A stretch of 64,000 nucleotides of DNA from Camelus ferus (taxonomy: Eukaryota). Position 1 is the stretch's first letter. Each line of letters opens with the position of its first letter. The stretch is taken from assembly GCF_009834535.1 (NCBI RefSeq), contig NC_045696.1, forward strand, positions 3,226,001 to 3,290,000, in the 5' to 3' direction. Under the pieces are notes generated by a model. The model did not search any database. It saw only the letters and a program-made list of their open reading frames with translations, and was not told the DNA's origin. A program made the translations under genes and the position numbers. Below, piece after piece: positions 35,220 to 49,545 of the stretch.

Positions 35220-37450
35220 TCTGTGGTTTTTTAATCAGCTTTATTGAGGTATAATTTATTGAGATATACATCGTTATTGAAGTATAATTCAAGAAGTGTG
35301 CTTGCCGACTTGAAGTGATTCAGTTCAGTGAGTTTTGGAAAATGTGTGCTGTCACTACCACAATGGTAGTATGAGATAAGAGGCAGCTTCAACCTCCTCT
35401 CCAGAAACATTCTCTCGTGCCCTTTTGTAGCCAGCGCCCGCCTCCCACCTCCAGCCCCGAGGAACTCATGATCTGCTCCCTTTGGCTGCGGTTTTGCCTC
35501 TTCTAGAGTTTTCTGTATGTTTAGTCACGTAGCGTGCGGTCCTCTGCACCTGCGTTCTTTTACTCAGTACGTCATCTGAGGCACACGTGGGCGTCCACGC
35601 CTGTCTCTCGCTGAGTAGGAGTCTGTGTGCGCAGGGGATGGGCGTCCGGGCTGCTCCCAGGGCCTCACTATGAACGAGCCAGGCTGCGGTGGGCGAGCGC
35701 GCACAGGCCTGGGGCGGGCTGGGCGAATGCCGTCTCTAGGTGACTGTCTGCTAGGCGGCCTTGCTGGGTCCCACGGCAAGGGCTCTGCTGAACTTTAGAA
35801 GAGTCTGACAAATCATTCAAGCGGTTGCACTGTTTTGCCTCCCCACCAACAAAGCCTGAGAGTTCCTGATGTCCCCGCACCGTCCCCAGCACGACACTGT
35901 CGGCTGTGACACTGGAGCCCTGCTGGCGTGCGTGGAGGGCGTCCTCCTCACTGGAATTGACATTTCCCTGACAAGTAGAGGCATGGAGCATCTTTCCAGG
36001 GTTTGTCTCTGTCTGAACTTTTCTCTCTGGTGAAGCGTCTATTCAGATCTTTCCCCTTCTTTTCGGCAGGTGTTTTGCCTTCTTTGTGTTGGCTTGTGAG
36101 GGCTCTCCCTCCGATGCACAAGCCCTCGGTCTGACACACGCTGCGCGGGGACCTTCTCCCCGTCTGCCGCTTGCCTTTCCATTGCCTTCAGTGTCTTTCA
36201 GAGAGCAGCTGTTTTTAATTCTGAAGAAGACCGATGTTTCCAGTTTTCCTTTTATGAGTTCATACCTTGTGTCCTAGCTAAAACAGTTTTTGCCTCATCA
36301 AGGCCACGAAGATTTTCTATGAAATTTTTTTTCAAGAGGTTTCATAGGATTAGCTCTTACATTGTGGGTTTACGACACATTCTGAGTTAATCTTTCGAGT
36401 GTGGATTTGGGCGCCTTCCTTTGTTTTTCATTCCCTGGAGCAGTTTGTGTGGCTCTGGGGCTATCGGGTACTCACAGCTTTGTCAGAACTTCCCTGTGAG
36501 ACAGTGGAGAGTTTTGTAGATTCATTCCTTGATGAGGTGCCCTGTTTCCTCTGGGGCTGATGTGAGTTTTATTACTGGAGTAATTTTGGTAAAGTGTGAT
36601 ATTCCTAGGAATGTATCTGTTTCATCTAGATTTTCAAACTTAGTTGCATAAAGTTATTCAGAGCAGCCCCTTATAGTTTTTAAATTCTCCTCTATTTCAA
36701 TGGGTGCTTCCTCTTTGTCAGTTCTTACGTTTATTTGGACTTTTCCCTCTTTTATTTTTCTGTTTTCTCGATTACATTAGCTAGTGGTTTGCATGTTTTA
36801 TTTTTTAAAAGAACTGAGATTTTATTACTTAATTCCATTCTTTTCCTGTTAGCTACTTCATCAACTTCTTTACCTTTGTGCTTTTTTTTTGGCTTATGTT
36901 TCCCTAGCTTTCTGAGTTTGGAATTTAATTCACTTACTATTGACATGTGTTTAAAGCTATTCCATTTTCCTTCCTCTGATCACTGTTTTAAAGTTTCTTT
37001 AAAGATTCAGAAATGTGGTGTTTCTATTATCATGATTTTTAAGAAAGTCTATAATTTTGGTTTGTAGTTTATCTTTTAGCCATAAGTGTACAGTAGAAAT
37101 TATTTAAATTTCCAAACCTCTTGTAATAACCTTTAATGAAAAAAATATGAAAACGAATACATGTATGTTTATGCACGACTGGGACCCTGTGCTGCACCCC
37201 AGAGGCTAACACACTGTAACTGACTGTACTTCAGTTAAAAGTAAATTTCCGGATGCAAGACTCTTTTGAAAGTGTTGTCATTATAGCCCAGTTTTGTTGC
37301 ATGTGATCAGGCTGATTGTAGTGTTTCTGCTTTATGGAGTGTTACACTTCCTTTGTGAACAAACGTACGAGTCAATGTTGTGACTATTTCATGTGCACTT
37401 AAACAGAAGCTAGATTGTCATGTCTATGTCCGTAAGACCTACCTTATTGA
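35220..37450 (-). mobile_element. Old L1 fragments (3' end at cagctttattgaggtataattta), partly GC-shifted
   Basis: Typical antisense L1 3' terminus and body motifs. Boundaries approximate. A short sense L1 tail is inserted near 37120-37240. Confidence 0.65.
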
Positions 37451-38730
37451 TTGTATTGTTTGTCTCCGTTTTCTTACTTTTTTGTCCACATGACATGCCT
37501 AGAATGGCGCCCGCATCGACACAGCCTGGTGTTTCCAACACATCAGCTGTGCTTTTCTGTCTTTCTGCCTGCGTCGCCCGCCTTTTCTGGTTAGTGAAGT
37601 GGACTGTCTTGGCCTAGCCCTTTAAGGATTGGAACAGAAGGGCCGTCTCTTCGTTGTGTTGTAATTGCGGCTCGTGAAGTGTCCTTCTCCACCCAGTGTA
37701 AGGGCTTTGGCTTAAATTCCCTTTTCTCTGATGTCACGATCATATCTGCTCCTGGCCCAGCATGCCTGTGCTTAATTCACTTTTGATCATGAGCAGTTTA
37801 AAGTTCTGTATTTTTAGCAACATGTCGACTAATTTTTAATCACTATGACTATTGATTAAAAGAACAAAGCAAAAGGAATACTGGTCAAGAAATACAGGAA
37901 GCTAATGGGGAGAAGAGTAATAAAAATAATACAGAAAATTCATCTTCAGGTCTTCAACAGAGGAGTTATCTGATGAATGGATTTAAAAATCTGAGACAGA
38001 ACATTAAGGCTTCTCCAGAAAGGAAAAACAATGTTAAAGAAGAAATTCACATAACATAATACAAAGGACTGCATTTGTAAGGAAACACCTAAAATAAAAC
38101 ATTTTTGTGTCAGTTCACATGACCCTATACTGTGCAACAGCACTACAGCTTATTTTTTGTATTTCCTAAGAGACAGGTGGAGGGTCTTTATTTTTTCTGT
38201 GCAGCGGGCACAGTGGAGAGGGCTGCGGACGGTCCCCAGTGTCTGCTTTCACATTCCTTATCACTCTGGAACCTCAGAATCACCCCATGCGTTGTTTATC
38301 AGCTCCAGAATCTGCTTTATGGCTATGCTGTTCTGCAAAATGCACCTTGGCACACTGAGTGGACTGAATTATCGCAAATAAAACCGGCTCGGGGTTCCTT
38401 GCTGCCTGCTCGCAGTTTGCTTCACCAGAGTCTATAAAACTGTGATGATAAGCCAGACCCAGCGGATGGTTTTCCAGCCACTCAGTACTCGGGCTCTGGT
38501 TAGGGTCAGGGCCTCCCAATTCAGACAGCTCATCCCCACTGCCTCCCGCCTGGCAGAGCCCGATTCAGACTCTCCTGGGCCTTCTGTGCTTCCGTGCTGG
38601 GAAGCGTGATGTGCTGACATGGGTGCCCCAACACATACACCTTTTCCTCCGACACAACTGCCTGTGAATTAATTTTTTTTTTTTTTTTTGAAATTAGCGA
38701 ATTCACCCACTCAATCCTTCCTAACGCGTC

Positions 38731-38749
38731 CGGCCACTAGAGGGCAGTA
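38731..38749 (+). promoter_or_regulatory. Strong CTCF consensus motif between TFF2 and TFF3
   Basis: CGGCCACTAGAGGGCAGTA matches the CTCF core CCAC[CT]AG[AG][GT]GGC. Confidence 0.65.
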
Positions 38750-39154
38750 GTAGTGCGACGTGGATGCCATCACCAGGGCCTCTGGGTCTGCGTTTATGGT
38801 GCTCGCTTTGTGACCACAGCTTTCTTATCAATGTGACCACATCATCTCCTCCCTTTGGAACTTCCCACGACACCTGGGCTAAAGGCTGTGCACACGATGG
38901 ACGTTTAGTAAATATTGACTGATTGGTCTTTATTCAATAAACTTATCAGCCTGTAGGATTTCAACAAATATTAATGCTTTGGTAAAATCCCTTAAGACAT
39001 TCAAACACTAGAGAGCATATGAGTGATATGTATTATGACTCACCTATTAATGAACTTCGGCTTTAGCTTCTTTCCATTTAATATGCAAAACAGGGCTATT
39101 TTGAGTCTTGGGAACATGAGCCCCTGTAAAACTAGGAGGCACAGAAGGGCATTA

Positions 39155-39334
39155 TAAACAGGTTTCCACTGTACAGCACAGGGAACTATATTCAATATCT
39201 TATAGTGACCTGTAATGGAGAAGAATATGAAAGAATGGAATATATGTATGTATATGGATGACTGAAGCATGATGCTGTAGACCAGAAACTGACGCAACAT
39301 TGTGAACTGACTATATTTCAATGAGAAAGAAGGA

Positions 39335-39396
<62 letters not shown>
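39155..39396 (+). mobile_element. L1 3' end followed by a (GAAA)n microsatellite (about 39325-39396) derived from its tail
   Basis: actgtacagcacagggaactatattcaatatctt...cattgtgaactgactatatttcaat, then GAAA repeats. Confidence 0.8.
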
Positions 39397-39397
<1 letters not shown>

Positions 39398-40749
39398 GCA
39401 GGCAGGCATTGGCCATTGAGAGAGGCTCTCGCCTTTGGACGTCATATTTCTGGTGACCTCACACTTTGCTTTCAGTTCCCTGGTGGACTGAATACTTAGT
39501 GAGGTGACTACATTACAGCGGGGGAAAAGCCATCTTTGAAATATTGAAATGATGGTGAGCACAAAGGGTCAATAGGAGACATGCGCTTGCGTCAAGCCTG
39601 GCAAGTGCCCACGTGTCACCTGAGCACCAACCAGCCAGAACCCCTGCAAGCAGCAGCCCTGGAGAAGTGCAACTCTGAGGAATCCCCTCCCCTCAGAGAA
39701 ATCTCCTTTTCCCCTGTGTAGACAGGTTCACGGGGTCACCTGGCGATGCCAGTCTGCATGTCTGACACATTCTCCTTGTAGCTTTGATGGTCCCGTATGT
39801 TTTGCTTTTGGCAACATGTTTCTTACGGGAGGTACCTGCTTTCCATGTCTTTAAAATTCCTTGAAAACTACTGTCTACGCAGCTGAGCTAACGGTTGCTG
39901 GGAATGTGGGGAAAGAACCAGGCATGAACCGTGGCTGCATCTTATGTGACGTAAGGTGCTTTTGATTCTGATCATTCCTGCCCTGCCTTTTGGTGAAGAC
40001 TCTAACAGGCCATTTCTTCCCCTCTGCTGCTCCCACTTGCTCTCTGAACAAGTTAGTGGTCATTTCTGAGAAGTCAGAATCATGATCTCTGGTTTATTTT
40101 CTCTGATGTGCTTTGAGGTGAAGGGCGAGGCGGTACCTGGCATGGGGGCCCCACTGAGAGCACAGGGGTCAATCGGTGAATGTGGTCACTTACTCGGCCC
40201 TTCTCTCTGGGACGCCAGGTCGCTCCGATCTATGCTGTCCTTTCTCACTTGGGGATGTGGCCGCCAGGCCTTCCTGGCTGGTGGACTTGACAGATCTGTT
40301 CCTAGAGAGAGCTGGATTGCACCGCAGAGGGCCAGCGGCTTAGGAGGGAAAATAAGGAAACCTGAAACGACAGGAGACTTCTAAGCTGGATGCTGGACGG
40401 AACTGCAGCGCGGTGCCCTCCCTCCCTCCCTCACCCTGACCAGCCAGACCTCTTTGATGTTGACCGAGCATCCAGGATAGGGCGTTCCAATGGCTCCTCT
40501 AGGCCGAGACCCCAGGTTCTGACCCCAGGCCGCAGGGCTGGCTTCTCCCGGGCCTCCTCGCGCTCACCCCTTCTCTCCCCGCTTCCTGGACCACCTTCTT
40601 TATTTGGGTATTTTTAATGAAAATTTTAACCAGCCATATTTCAAGTCCTTTTCCTTAGATAAATTGTATATAATGTAATGGCTTTTGTTCTGTTTGCCTT
40701 GACACCTCTCACTCTATAAAAAGAAATAAAACGATCAAAGTGCCCCCTT

Positions 40750-43700
40750 TTCCCATCCTGTTCCCTGCCCCCCACCCCCCACCAGAATCACCCACCGTTC
40801 TGAAGTCAGTGTGTGTTTTTTCCGTGGGTGTCCATAAACAATATGTAGCATTTTTTTGTTATTTAAAAAAATCAGCAATGGCATCCTAAAATGTGGGCTT
40901 TTCATCTGATATTTTGCAGTTAATTTTGACATTTCTTTCCATTGATTACGAGGTCTGATTCATTTAGTTTGTCAGCAAATCCATCCTCCTATTGAAAGGC
41001 AATCAGGTGCAGTGTTTTCAATTTCTTCTGATGAAAACAGCACGGACTTGTTCGATTTTCTAGGTATCGTCCAAATGGTTGCCACGGTGGGAGTGTCCTG
41101 TAAGCTTCTACTAACTTTGAGTGAGAGTTCCTAATTCTCCACATTCTCATCAACATCTGGTGACATGGGTGCCATCAGATATAAGTGACGTCGTGTGCTA
41201 ACGTTAGTGGGTTTCGTAATTCACGACTGTGAGCGAGGCCCTTCTACATCCTTGTTGGCTGTTGAGGTTTCTCTTACCATAAATCTCCTATATGCGGATC
41301 CTAAAAACCACATGCGTCTTTTTTGCATTAGTCTGTAGAAGTTCTTTGTGCATCCAAGCAATCCTTTGTCAAGCAAGTGGGTTTCAGATACCTTCTCCTA
41401 GCTCATGATTTGACTCTTTCCTCATCGTCACGTCTTGATAAGTACTCTTGATTTTAATTGAGTCAAATTTCTCAACTGTGCCTTCACAATTTGTGCTATT
41501 TTAGAAAAATCCTAAGCAATCTTTGCAACGGCAAAACTGTAGGATACAAAGTCGATATAAAAGATCAACCATGTTGAATCTGTATCCACAATGGTCTTTC
41601 ATAGTTCGCAAGACCTGTGTCAGGTTTGGGCATGAGGTTTATGCTGGCCCCACAGAATGAGCTGGGAAGTACTCCCTCCTTATCTTTTCCCCTAAGTTTG
41701 CGTAAGATTAAGAGCTCTTTGTTTGGTAGAACCCAGCCAAGCCTGCAGCTTCCTTCATAGGAAGCTTCTTGATAGTAATTTCAAAAATTTTCATAGAAAT
41801 GGTACTATTTAGATTTTCTATTTATTCTTGTGTTCATTTTGGTAAATTGTGTTTTTCTAGGAATTTGTCTATTTCATCTAAGTTGTCAAATTTGTTGGTA
41901 TTAATATTTCTTTTACCATTTTGTTTTTGTTTTGTTTGGGGGTAATTAGGTTGGTTTGTTTGTTTGTTTTTAATGGAGACGCTGGGGATTGAACCCAGGA
42001 CCTCATGCATGCACTCTACTACTGAGCTGTACCCTCCCCCTGTTGGTTTTAATATTAATATTATTCTGAATATTACCTATTTTTTCCTTTTAATCCTGTA
42101 GGACTATATTAACAGCCCATTCTTCATTTCTAGTGTCGGTAACTATGTTCTCTTTAATTTTTTCTTGATCAGTATAGTTAAAGGTGTATAAATTCTTTTA
42201 TCTTTTCAAAGATCTAGCATTATTAATTTTTTACCTTGTTCATTTTTTTCCTATTTCACTTCTGTTAGACCTTTTGTCTCACAGGTCCTAGAGGCTTTGT
42301 GTGTTTTTTTTTTTTTTTTTTTAACATTTTTTCCTCTCTGTTCTTCAGATAGGAAAATTTACATTGCTCTATTTTTGAGTTAATGGACCTTTTCCCCTGT
42401 CAGCTTCATTGTGCAGTTAAGACCACCCAGTAAGTTTTAATTCCACATATTGGAGTTTCCAGTTCGATAATTTTTATTTGCCTCTCTCTTTTTTTTTTTT
42501 TTGTTTGTTTAACTGTTTCTTTTCTTTCTTCTCTCTTGGATTTTCTATCTTTTCATACATTGTAAGCACAGTTTTCTTTACTTCCTCAGGCTGCTTTACA
42601 ATCTTCATCTGATTTTGGCAACATCTAGGTCATCTCACGTTGATTATTTTCTCTCTTAAGACGCACTTCTGTCCCTTCATCCGTCAGTGGTGTGGGTCTG
42701 CATGCAGGACGAGATACTGTGATGTTGTGGAGATTCTAGATTTTGTTACATTCCTTTGAAGAGTGTTACGTTTGCTTGTTTGTTTGTGTGAACAATCAAT
42801 TTGCTTGGTTGGATTCAAATTTCAGTCTCTGTCTCTTGGGTGATGCTCAGACCTCAGTTCTTTTATTTTTAGCTGGAATCTGTCCTGCATACACATGGTT
42901 CAGAGGTCAGACCAAATTTGGAAAGAGTTTTTATACAGAATCTGGGTTCTCCCTTTTTGGTTCTGTTTTCTGGGATCCCCCTTCACTTCCCAGCCACTGC
43001 GCTCGACCTGTTCTCTGTATGCTGGTTATTCAGGCTAGAAAGAGTACATTTTCTGTTGGGGTTTTAGCCACCCCTATATTTTCTGTATTTTCTTTTTAAT
43101 ACTTTAAGACTTACTTTCACTTTGGGGCCTTTAATTCATCTGGAAATTTATTAATGGGTTGAAAGTTGTGGATCTGAATTGACCTTTTTCTCAATATGAG
43201 TAATTAAAAGCAGCTCAGTGTTGTGATGCAGGCATCTGCATTTACTTTATCTAATTTGCATAACTGACTGTCCTGACACCATTCACTGACTTGTCCTTTC
43301 TTCCTGCACTGATACAAAGTGTGTTTCTGTTATTATCCAAGGTTCCTTATGGAAGTGGATCCATTCCTGGGCTTTCATGTTCTGTTCCGTTGTCCGTGAT
43401 TCCATTGGTCCATGGCACCAGGCCTTCCTGGCTTTAAACACAACTTTGTAATAATTAGTCTTAGTGTCTGATTGAATTGGTACCTCTGAGTCTTCTCTTC
43501 CTCTTGTTTCTACTTCTTTTTCTTCAAGTTTTACTGGATCAATTTGGCCCTTTACTTTTCCATACGAATCCCGGGATTAATGTGTGGCATCTTATAGAAT
43601 CTCCCTTTGGGATTTTAATTTAAAATGTGTTGAATATGTAGTTCAGTTTTGCAGAGACTACCACCTTTAAAGTGTGTGGTTTTCTTACCCATGAGGCTCC
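40750..43700 (-). mobile_element. Cluster of degenerate L1 fragments
   Basis: AT-rich antisense L1 text (gaatgagctgggaagtactccctcc, aggaatttgtctatttcatctaagttgtcaaattt). Boundaries approximate. Confidence 0.6.
41935..42040 (-). mobile_element. tRNA-derived SINE (vic-1-like) inserted in L1
   Basis: Same core, with a small internal deletion. Confidence 0.8.
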
Positions 43701-45469
43701 TCTCTGCTTATTTAGTTAGTCTTTCAAGAGCCTCAGCAAAGTGTGTAATTTGTGTGTCTAGCCTTCTGTTGTGCTGTGAAGCTCCCCCCAGGAAGGCAAT
43801 GTTCATTATTTATCTTTGTTCTGTCTCACTAGGGTCTGTCACAGTGATCTGCCCACTAGAAATCTCACAAAACAAATTTAGAACTTCTGTCTTTGGTTTT
43901 TACATTAAACACAGAATGCCGTGAATAAACCCAGTCCTGACAGCTCCTGTGGCTCCCTAGTCCTGGTGTGATGGGTGCTAGTGGAGGGAGGTCCAGCCGG
44001 GACACCCAGAAACAGCAGACATCGTGTCTCAAGGCGAGATTGCAGACCATGACATTTTGGAAGTAGTTTGGCTAAGAACTGTTGGATGATTCTTGAACAT
44101 TGTGCCTGTGTTGAAGCTATAAAAGGTCTGAGGGAAGGGAGTTTTGGAGAAAATGACAGGTGAGAACACTTAGAGAGAGCTGACCTTGTGCTGCAAGTCC
44201 CTCCCACTCCCACCTTGCCCCAAGCGGGAGGGTGGGCGTGCCCGCCCCTCACCTCACACCTAGTGGAGATCGCATTCTGGGACCACTGGGAGATCCCAGC
44301 CCATGCCTGACACAGTTAGGGGTTCCAGAAGGCTGGTTTCTGACCTCTGAGGACTCTAGCCTAGCAAGGAACAAGAGAAGCCTTTAGGACCTACCTACAT
44401 CCCAGAGTTTGCTGGGGTGAAGGACGAAGACGGGTTTCCAGTGAACTGGAGACAGGCCGCACGGCCCAGGGGGTCTCTGTGCATCCTCTCTAGGGCTTGT
44501 ACAGGACGTGTGAGCTCTTGAGGTGTGACAGACATCATCCTGGAGAAACTCAAGATGCCACGACATTTCCAGGAGATGGAGGAGTAGTTGATGAGTGTCT
44601 TCAGGAAATCCATCAAAAGAACTGAAGGTTAGAAAGCCCTAAAGACCACCCCCAGAGCAGCCTCTGAGATGAGGAGTTTGTTCTAAACATCTGATGGGCC
44701 CAGAGAGAGTGGGGGCAGCCGGGGAAAAATCAGTTCAGGAAGAACTTGCCTGAACCCTACCCAGCCCCACCCTGCCCTGTCCGTGTCCCCCCGGGGCTCC
44801 TACGCTTGTCGGAGCAAGTCAGGAGAGGAGAGACTGACTTCCTTTTAATTGAAATACAGTCAGTTATGATGTGTCAATTCCTGGTGCGCAGCGTGCTGTC
44901 CCCGTCGCACTTACACACGCATGTCTTCATTTTCATATTCTTTTTCGTTATAGCTTACTACCATGTATTGAATAGGGAGAGATTACATTTTAATTATGGC
45001 CAATAGAGATGGTAGTTTGACGAGCTCCTGTGTGGACATCAATTAATTTCAACACTGATCAACTTGTAGCTCTTCTTGTTTTGGCTTTACCCCCCTCTTC
45101 TGCTTCTCCTTCCTGGATTATTTGAAGGAAATCCCACAGATCATTACATAATGCTTCAGCATACACCCCAAAGAGATAAATACATTTATACATACACACA
45201 TGCATGAATCTGAATGTGTATACAGACACACGTGCATCGGTCTTCGATGATCACGCTGTAAAACCGTCCCTGCTTCCTTCATAGCATCGCATGAAATCAA
45301 GTTCAGAGTTTTGATGATTATATGGAGAGGAAGCTTTGGTTCCTGAGTGACAACCTGTTTTGTGACTTTAGGGATCATGGGATCACCTGAATCTTCATCG
45401 CAAAAGGAAACGAAAACAAAGACACTTAATGGTGAAGTCCCACGGGCCCTGTGAGGCGACTCAGCTCCC

Positions 45470-45790
45470 TGACTCCTGGTCAGAGCCTGAACACTGAGGT
45501 CCCTCCCGAATTCCTTTGTTGAAATGCGAACACTCAGTGTGCTGGCGTTCGGGGCGGGGCCTTGGGAGGTGAGTGGTCCACGCTTTTATAATTGAGGCTC
45601 CAGAGACCCTGAGCCCCTGCCACCATGTCTGCGCACAAGGAGGCTCCGTCTGTGACCCGGGGGGACGGTCCTCAGTGGAAGGGGAGCGGGGCGGCCCCAG
45701 GGTCCTGGACGTGCAGACTGCATAGCTGTGAGAAATAAATGTGCTTTATAAGCCCCCTCGCAGTCTGCGTGCTCTACCGTAGCAGCCTGA
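45470..45790 (+). mobile_element. MLT1 LTR remnant
   Basis: gtccctcccgaattcctttgttgaaa...gtgagaaataaatgtgct. Confidence 0.55.
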
Positions 45791-46499
45791 ACTCCGAGAC
45801 CGGGCAGGATGTGCACTCACATCCACGTGCACATTGCCCGCCGGTGCACGGCAACGGAAGCCAGAGCCTTGGCTGTGTCTGTTCCAGAGATTTCGAGAGT
45901 GCCTGTGCCTGGGCTCCGTCAAAGTCACACACCGTTCAAATCAGACTTGAAAGTGACTGCCGCCCAGCGAGGTGCTGGCGGGATGCCATCTGGGGAAGGC
46001 CCTGGCTCACACCTGCTGTCCTGGAGTATCTCTAACAGCACCCCCTGTGCTCCGAGAGTGTCCCAGTCAGGATGACTCACTGCACGGTCACCTCCTGGTG
46101 AGGCGGCTCCCTGCCCAGGCCCTTGAGGCCCTGGTGGAGAGGGACAGCCTTGACTTTCCCTGCTGGCCAAGGGAGTTGGAGTAAAGGCCCTGGTGAGGAT
46201 TATTGGGGTGATGTGTGGGAAGGGAGTCAGCAAACACTTGGTGATTGATCACAGCCAGTGATTCATAGAGGCCAACAGTCAAACGCGCGAGGCGAGGGCA
46301 AAGGCGGGGGCTGGGATGGGTGTGGAGCCACAGCATGTGCTCTGCAGAAGGGCCGGGGTCCTGGGGCTGATCCCGGAGCACTGGGCCCAGCTGGACCTGC
46401 TCATCTGGGGTGGGTCGGGGAGGGGAAGGAGCGGGTTTCTGGAAGACAGCTGTGAGGATTTACCTGCTCCCTCCCCTCCCCTCCCCCGCGAAAGTACAC

Positions 46500-46915
46500 A
46501 GCAAAATAGGCTGCAGAGACAGTTGGCCCCGGGGCCACCGTAACAGAGCGCCACACGCCGGGAGGTTTAACGGCGGAAGTCTGTTTCCGCCTAGTGGTCT
46601 CGGGGCTGAGTGTCTGCGGCCGTGCTCCCTCTGAGGGGCCTGGGAGCATCCTCTTGGCCTCTCCCAGCCCCCGGCGGCTGCCTGAAGCCCCTTGGCTCTT
46701 AGCAGCACCCCCCAGGTCTCAGCCCCCGGAGTCACAGGGTGTCGCCCCTCTGTGTCTGTCTCTGCATCTCCTCCAGACTCAGATGGGACTAGATGCACCC
46801 CCTACTCCAGCCGGACCTCATCTTCATGCAAACACACCTGTGACAACCCTGTTCCAAATAAAGCTGCGCTCTGAGATTCTAGGGAGGACGTGGATCTGGG
46901 GAGGACACCACTCTA
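46500..46915 (-). mobile_element. MLT1 LTR remnant
   Basis: ctccctctgagggg...ccttggctctt...gacaaccctgttccaaataaag...ctgagattctaggg. Confidence 0.55.
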
Positions 46916-49545
46916 GCCAACAGGCTTGCAGCCCCTCAGTGACAGTGGCTTCATTCACAGGGAAGAACGCGGTGGCTTGTCCAGCTTGGCTGGCGGGAGG
47001 AGGGGGCTTCCTGGGTCTCCTGCCCCAGCCGGACTTTTGTCCTCCTTCCCTGCCTGCACGTGGGCTTTTGGGGACCCGCTTCTGCCATCCCTGGCCGGCC
47101 TCCTAGAACATGGCGCAGGGCCAGGGGCTGGCATGTCAGGAGCAGATGCCGGGCACATCCAGGGGCTGCCTCGGTGTGCTGCCGGCCTGGCTTCCTGCTG
47201 GAGCACGTCCAGGTCTGAGAAAGGCTGTCTGGGTCCTAAAGGCAGGGCGGTCAATGAGGGGTCTGGTGCCCCAGCACATCTGCTCCCGGCTCTCAGCTCT
47301 GTTTATTTCTGACTTATCTCTGTTCCTTTGGGTGTCCTGATCATCAGGCGACTTGTTCCTGGAAACTTTCCTTGTTGTAACAGCATCTGGGGCTGATGTG
47401 TTGGTTCCAGTCCCAGAGGAGTCCTGGGCGTAGAGGTCACTGTGGCAGAGACCACCCAAAGTGCACTGTGAGCTGGACGTCGCCGTCCCCTGAACCCCCC
47501 AGGGGCTGTCACATGCCCCTGAATGTGGTCGGACAGGTGCAGTCCTGAGCCCACGGCCTCCGTCCTGACTCAGGACCCTCTGTGCCCTTCCTCCTCCGTA
47601 GTTGGTGGACGGTACCTTTGCAGGACTCCAACCCTCTCCCTTTGCCCTCGTGTGAACATGGAGAACGTAAAACAGGAGCCTCCCTGAATCAGTCCATGTT
47701 TGCTTCCCCAAGACATCTACACTCAGGCCCTGTTGTTCAGGTAGATTCCAGCAGGAGGAAGCTGTTGGGGACACAGAGGGAGAGGCCCGCGCCCGGGGCA
47801 GCTGCAGAACGACTCGACAGCTGGTCGGCAGGAGGCTCCCTGGGGAGGTGTGTGACCCTGGGGCCAACCCAGGGGTGTCGATTAATGTGACTTTGTACCT
47901 TCTTTCTCTGTCTGGCTCTCTGCTGGCTGGGGTAACTATGAGGAACAATATTAGAAAGCTGAGAGGTGACACGGAGTCTACAACCCCATGCAGGTCACAC
48001 TGATGATATTTTCTGGAGGTGGTGAGTTAGTACAGAACACCCTTCTGACCTTCACCTATCTGTGAACTCCTACTCATCCCTCAAGACCCAGTGCAGATAT
48101 CCCCCTGATGAGAAGCCTGCTGTGCAGCAGTCTGCTTGCTCTTATTGCGTTGTACCACGGTTCGTGTGCCAAGCCTTGTTCTTTCTCACAGGGCTGTGGG
48201 ATCTGAGGGCAGGGCTCTGCCTGGTGTCCTAAGGGCTCAGTGTTATAGGCTAAGCACCTGGCCCATGATCATGCTCAATTCATGCTTGTTACATATATGT
48301 GCCAATGGCCACGCATCCCACAGGTGGGAGGCTGCAGCCCCAGCACTCAGGCCAGACGGCCTGCTTCTTGGACCCGTCCAGGAAGCCCTCGCCTTCCCTG
48401 GGTACCTGCACACAAAGGCCAGGGTGGGAAGGATCTGCAAGGATGGACTCCCAGGCCAGCCCAGGCACCTGCTCACCTCAGTCTCTGGGCAGCCACCTGT
48501 CGGGGTGGGGCAAAGACTGATGACCCTGGGACCTGCCGCTGTGGCACTGCTTTTACTTCATTCCTGGAACTTGAACTCCCCCAGAGGAGCATGGAAGGCA
48601 CAGAACTGTGAGCTCTGGGAGGCAGGGTGGGCTCTCCAGCCCCCACCCTCGGCCCTGGTGGGGAGCCCAGGGTTCCCAGAACAAAGAAGACATGAGCTTC
48701 CCTCTACCACACTGACTCAGTGCTCCGGGCTCCCAGGCCATTCCCACCCCCCTTCTTCTAGGACGCCTGTGACCTGCCCCCCGGAGGAATCCAGCCCCAC
48801 CCCCCACAGCTGCTGCTTCCATCTGACCCTGGTCTGTGGGTCTGGACCCTCTGCCACTGTAGCTGCTGCACCACAACTGGCAGGTGATCAGGGTGTGTCC
48901 CTGACACCTGGCTGGCCTCGGTGTGACCGTCTTATGCACACCTGTGGGCCAGGCACTGTGTGACAGGTGAGGACGCTGGGGCACCAGTGGGTTAGTGACT
49001 GCCCAGGGCACACAGCCCCAGACTTGGGACCAGGTCCCTTGGCTTCACGATTGTAACCACAACATGACACCATCTCCAAGGAGTCTCTGACTTACCCTCT
49101 GGAAACAGAGCAAATGCTGTGAAAACTGTGTAGAAACTGCTGTCTCCAAGCCCTGAAGCGGGTGGCAAACCAGATGTCTGGGTGTCGCCTCACATGGATT
49201 CATCAAGGGCCAAGTAGCAAGGTGAGGCCAGGGAGTCTCAAGGTGGGACACAGTCCCCGTCCCCAGTGCACACATGTTCTGGCCCCATCAGTCGCTCGGT
49301 GAAGAACAGGTCTGAGGATGAATCTTTGGGTGGTTGGGGTCCCCCTCTAAGACTGTATCCCCAAGTGGGGGCTAAGTGTGGCCAGCAGGTGTACAAAACC
49401 CCCTCTACAGCCCCTGGATCAGAGCTGAATAGAGATAAAAATGTCCCAGCCAGGAGAGAATCTTGGAGGACGCATGATAACTGGACCTCACACCCTCCCG
49501 CTCTCCCCAGGCAGCCAGCTCCAGGGCCGGCTGGGTGCCGGGAAC

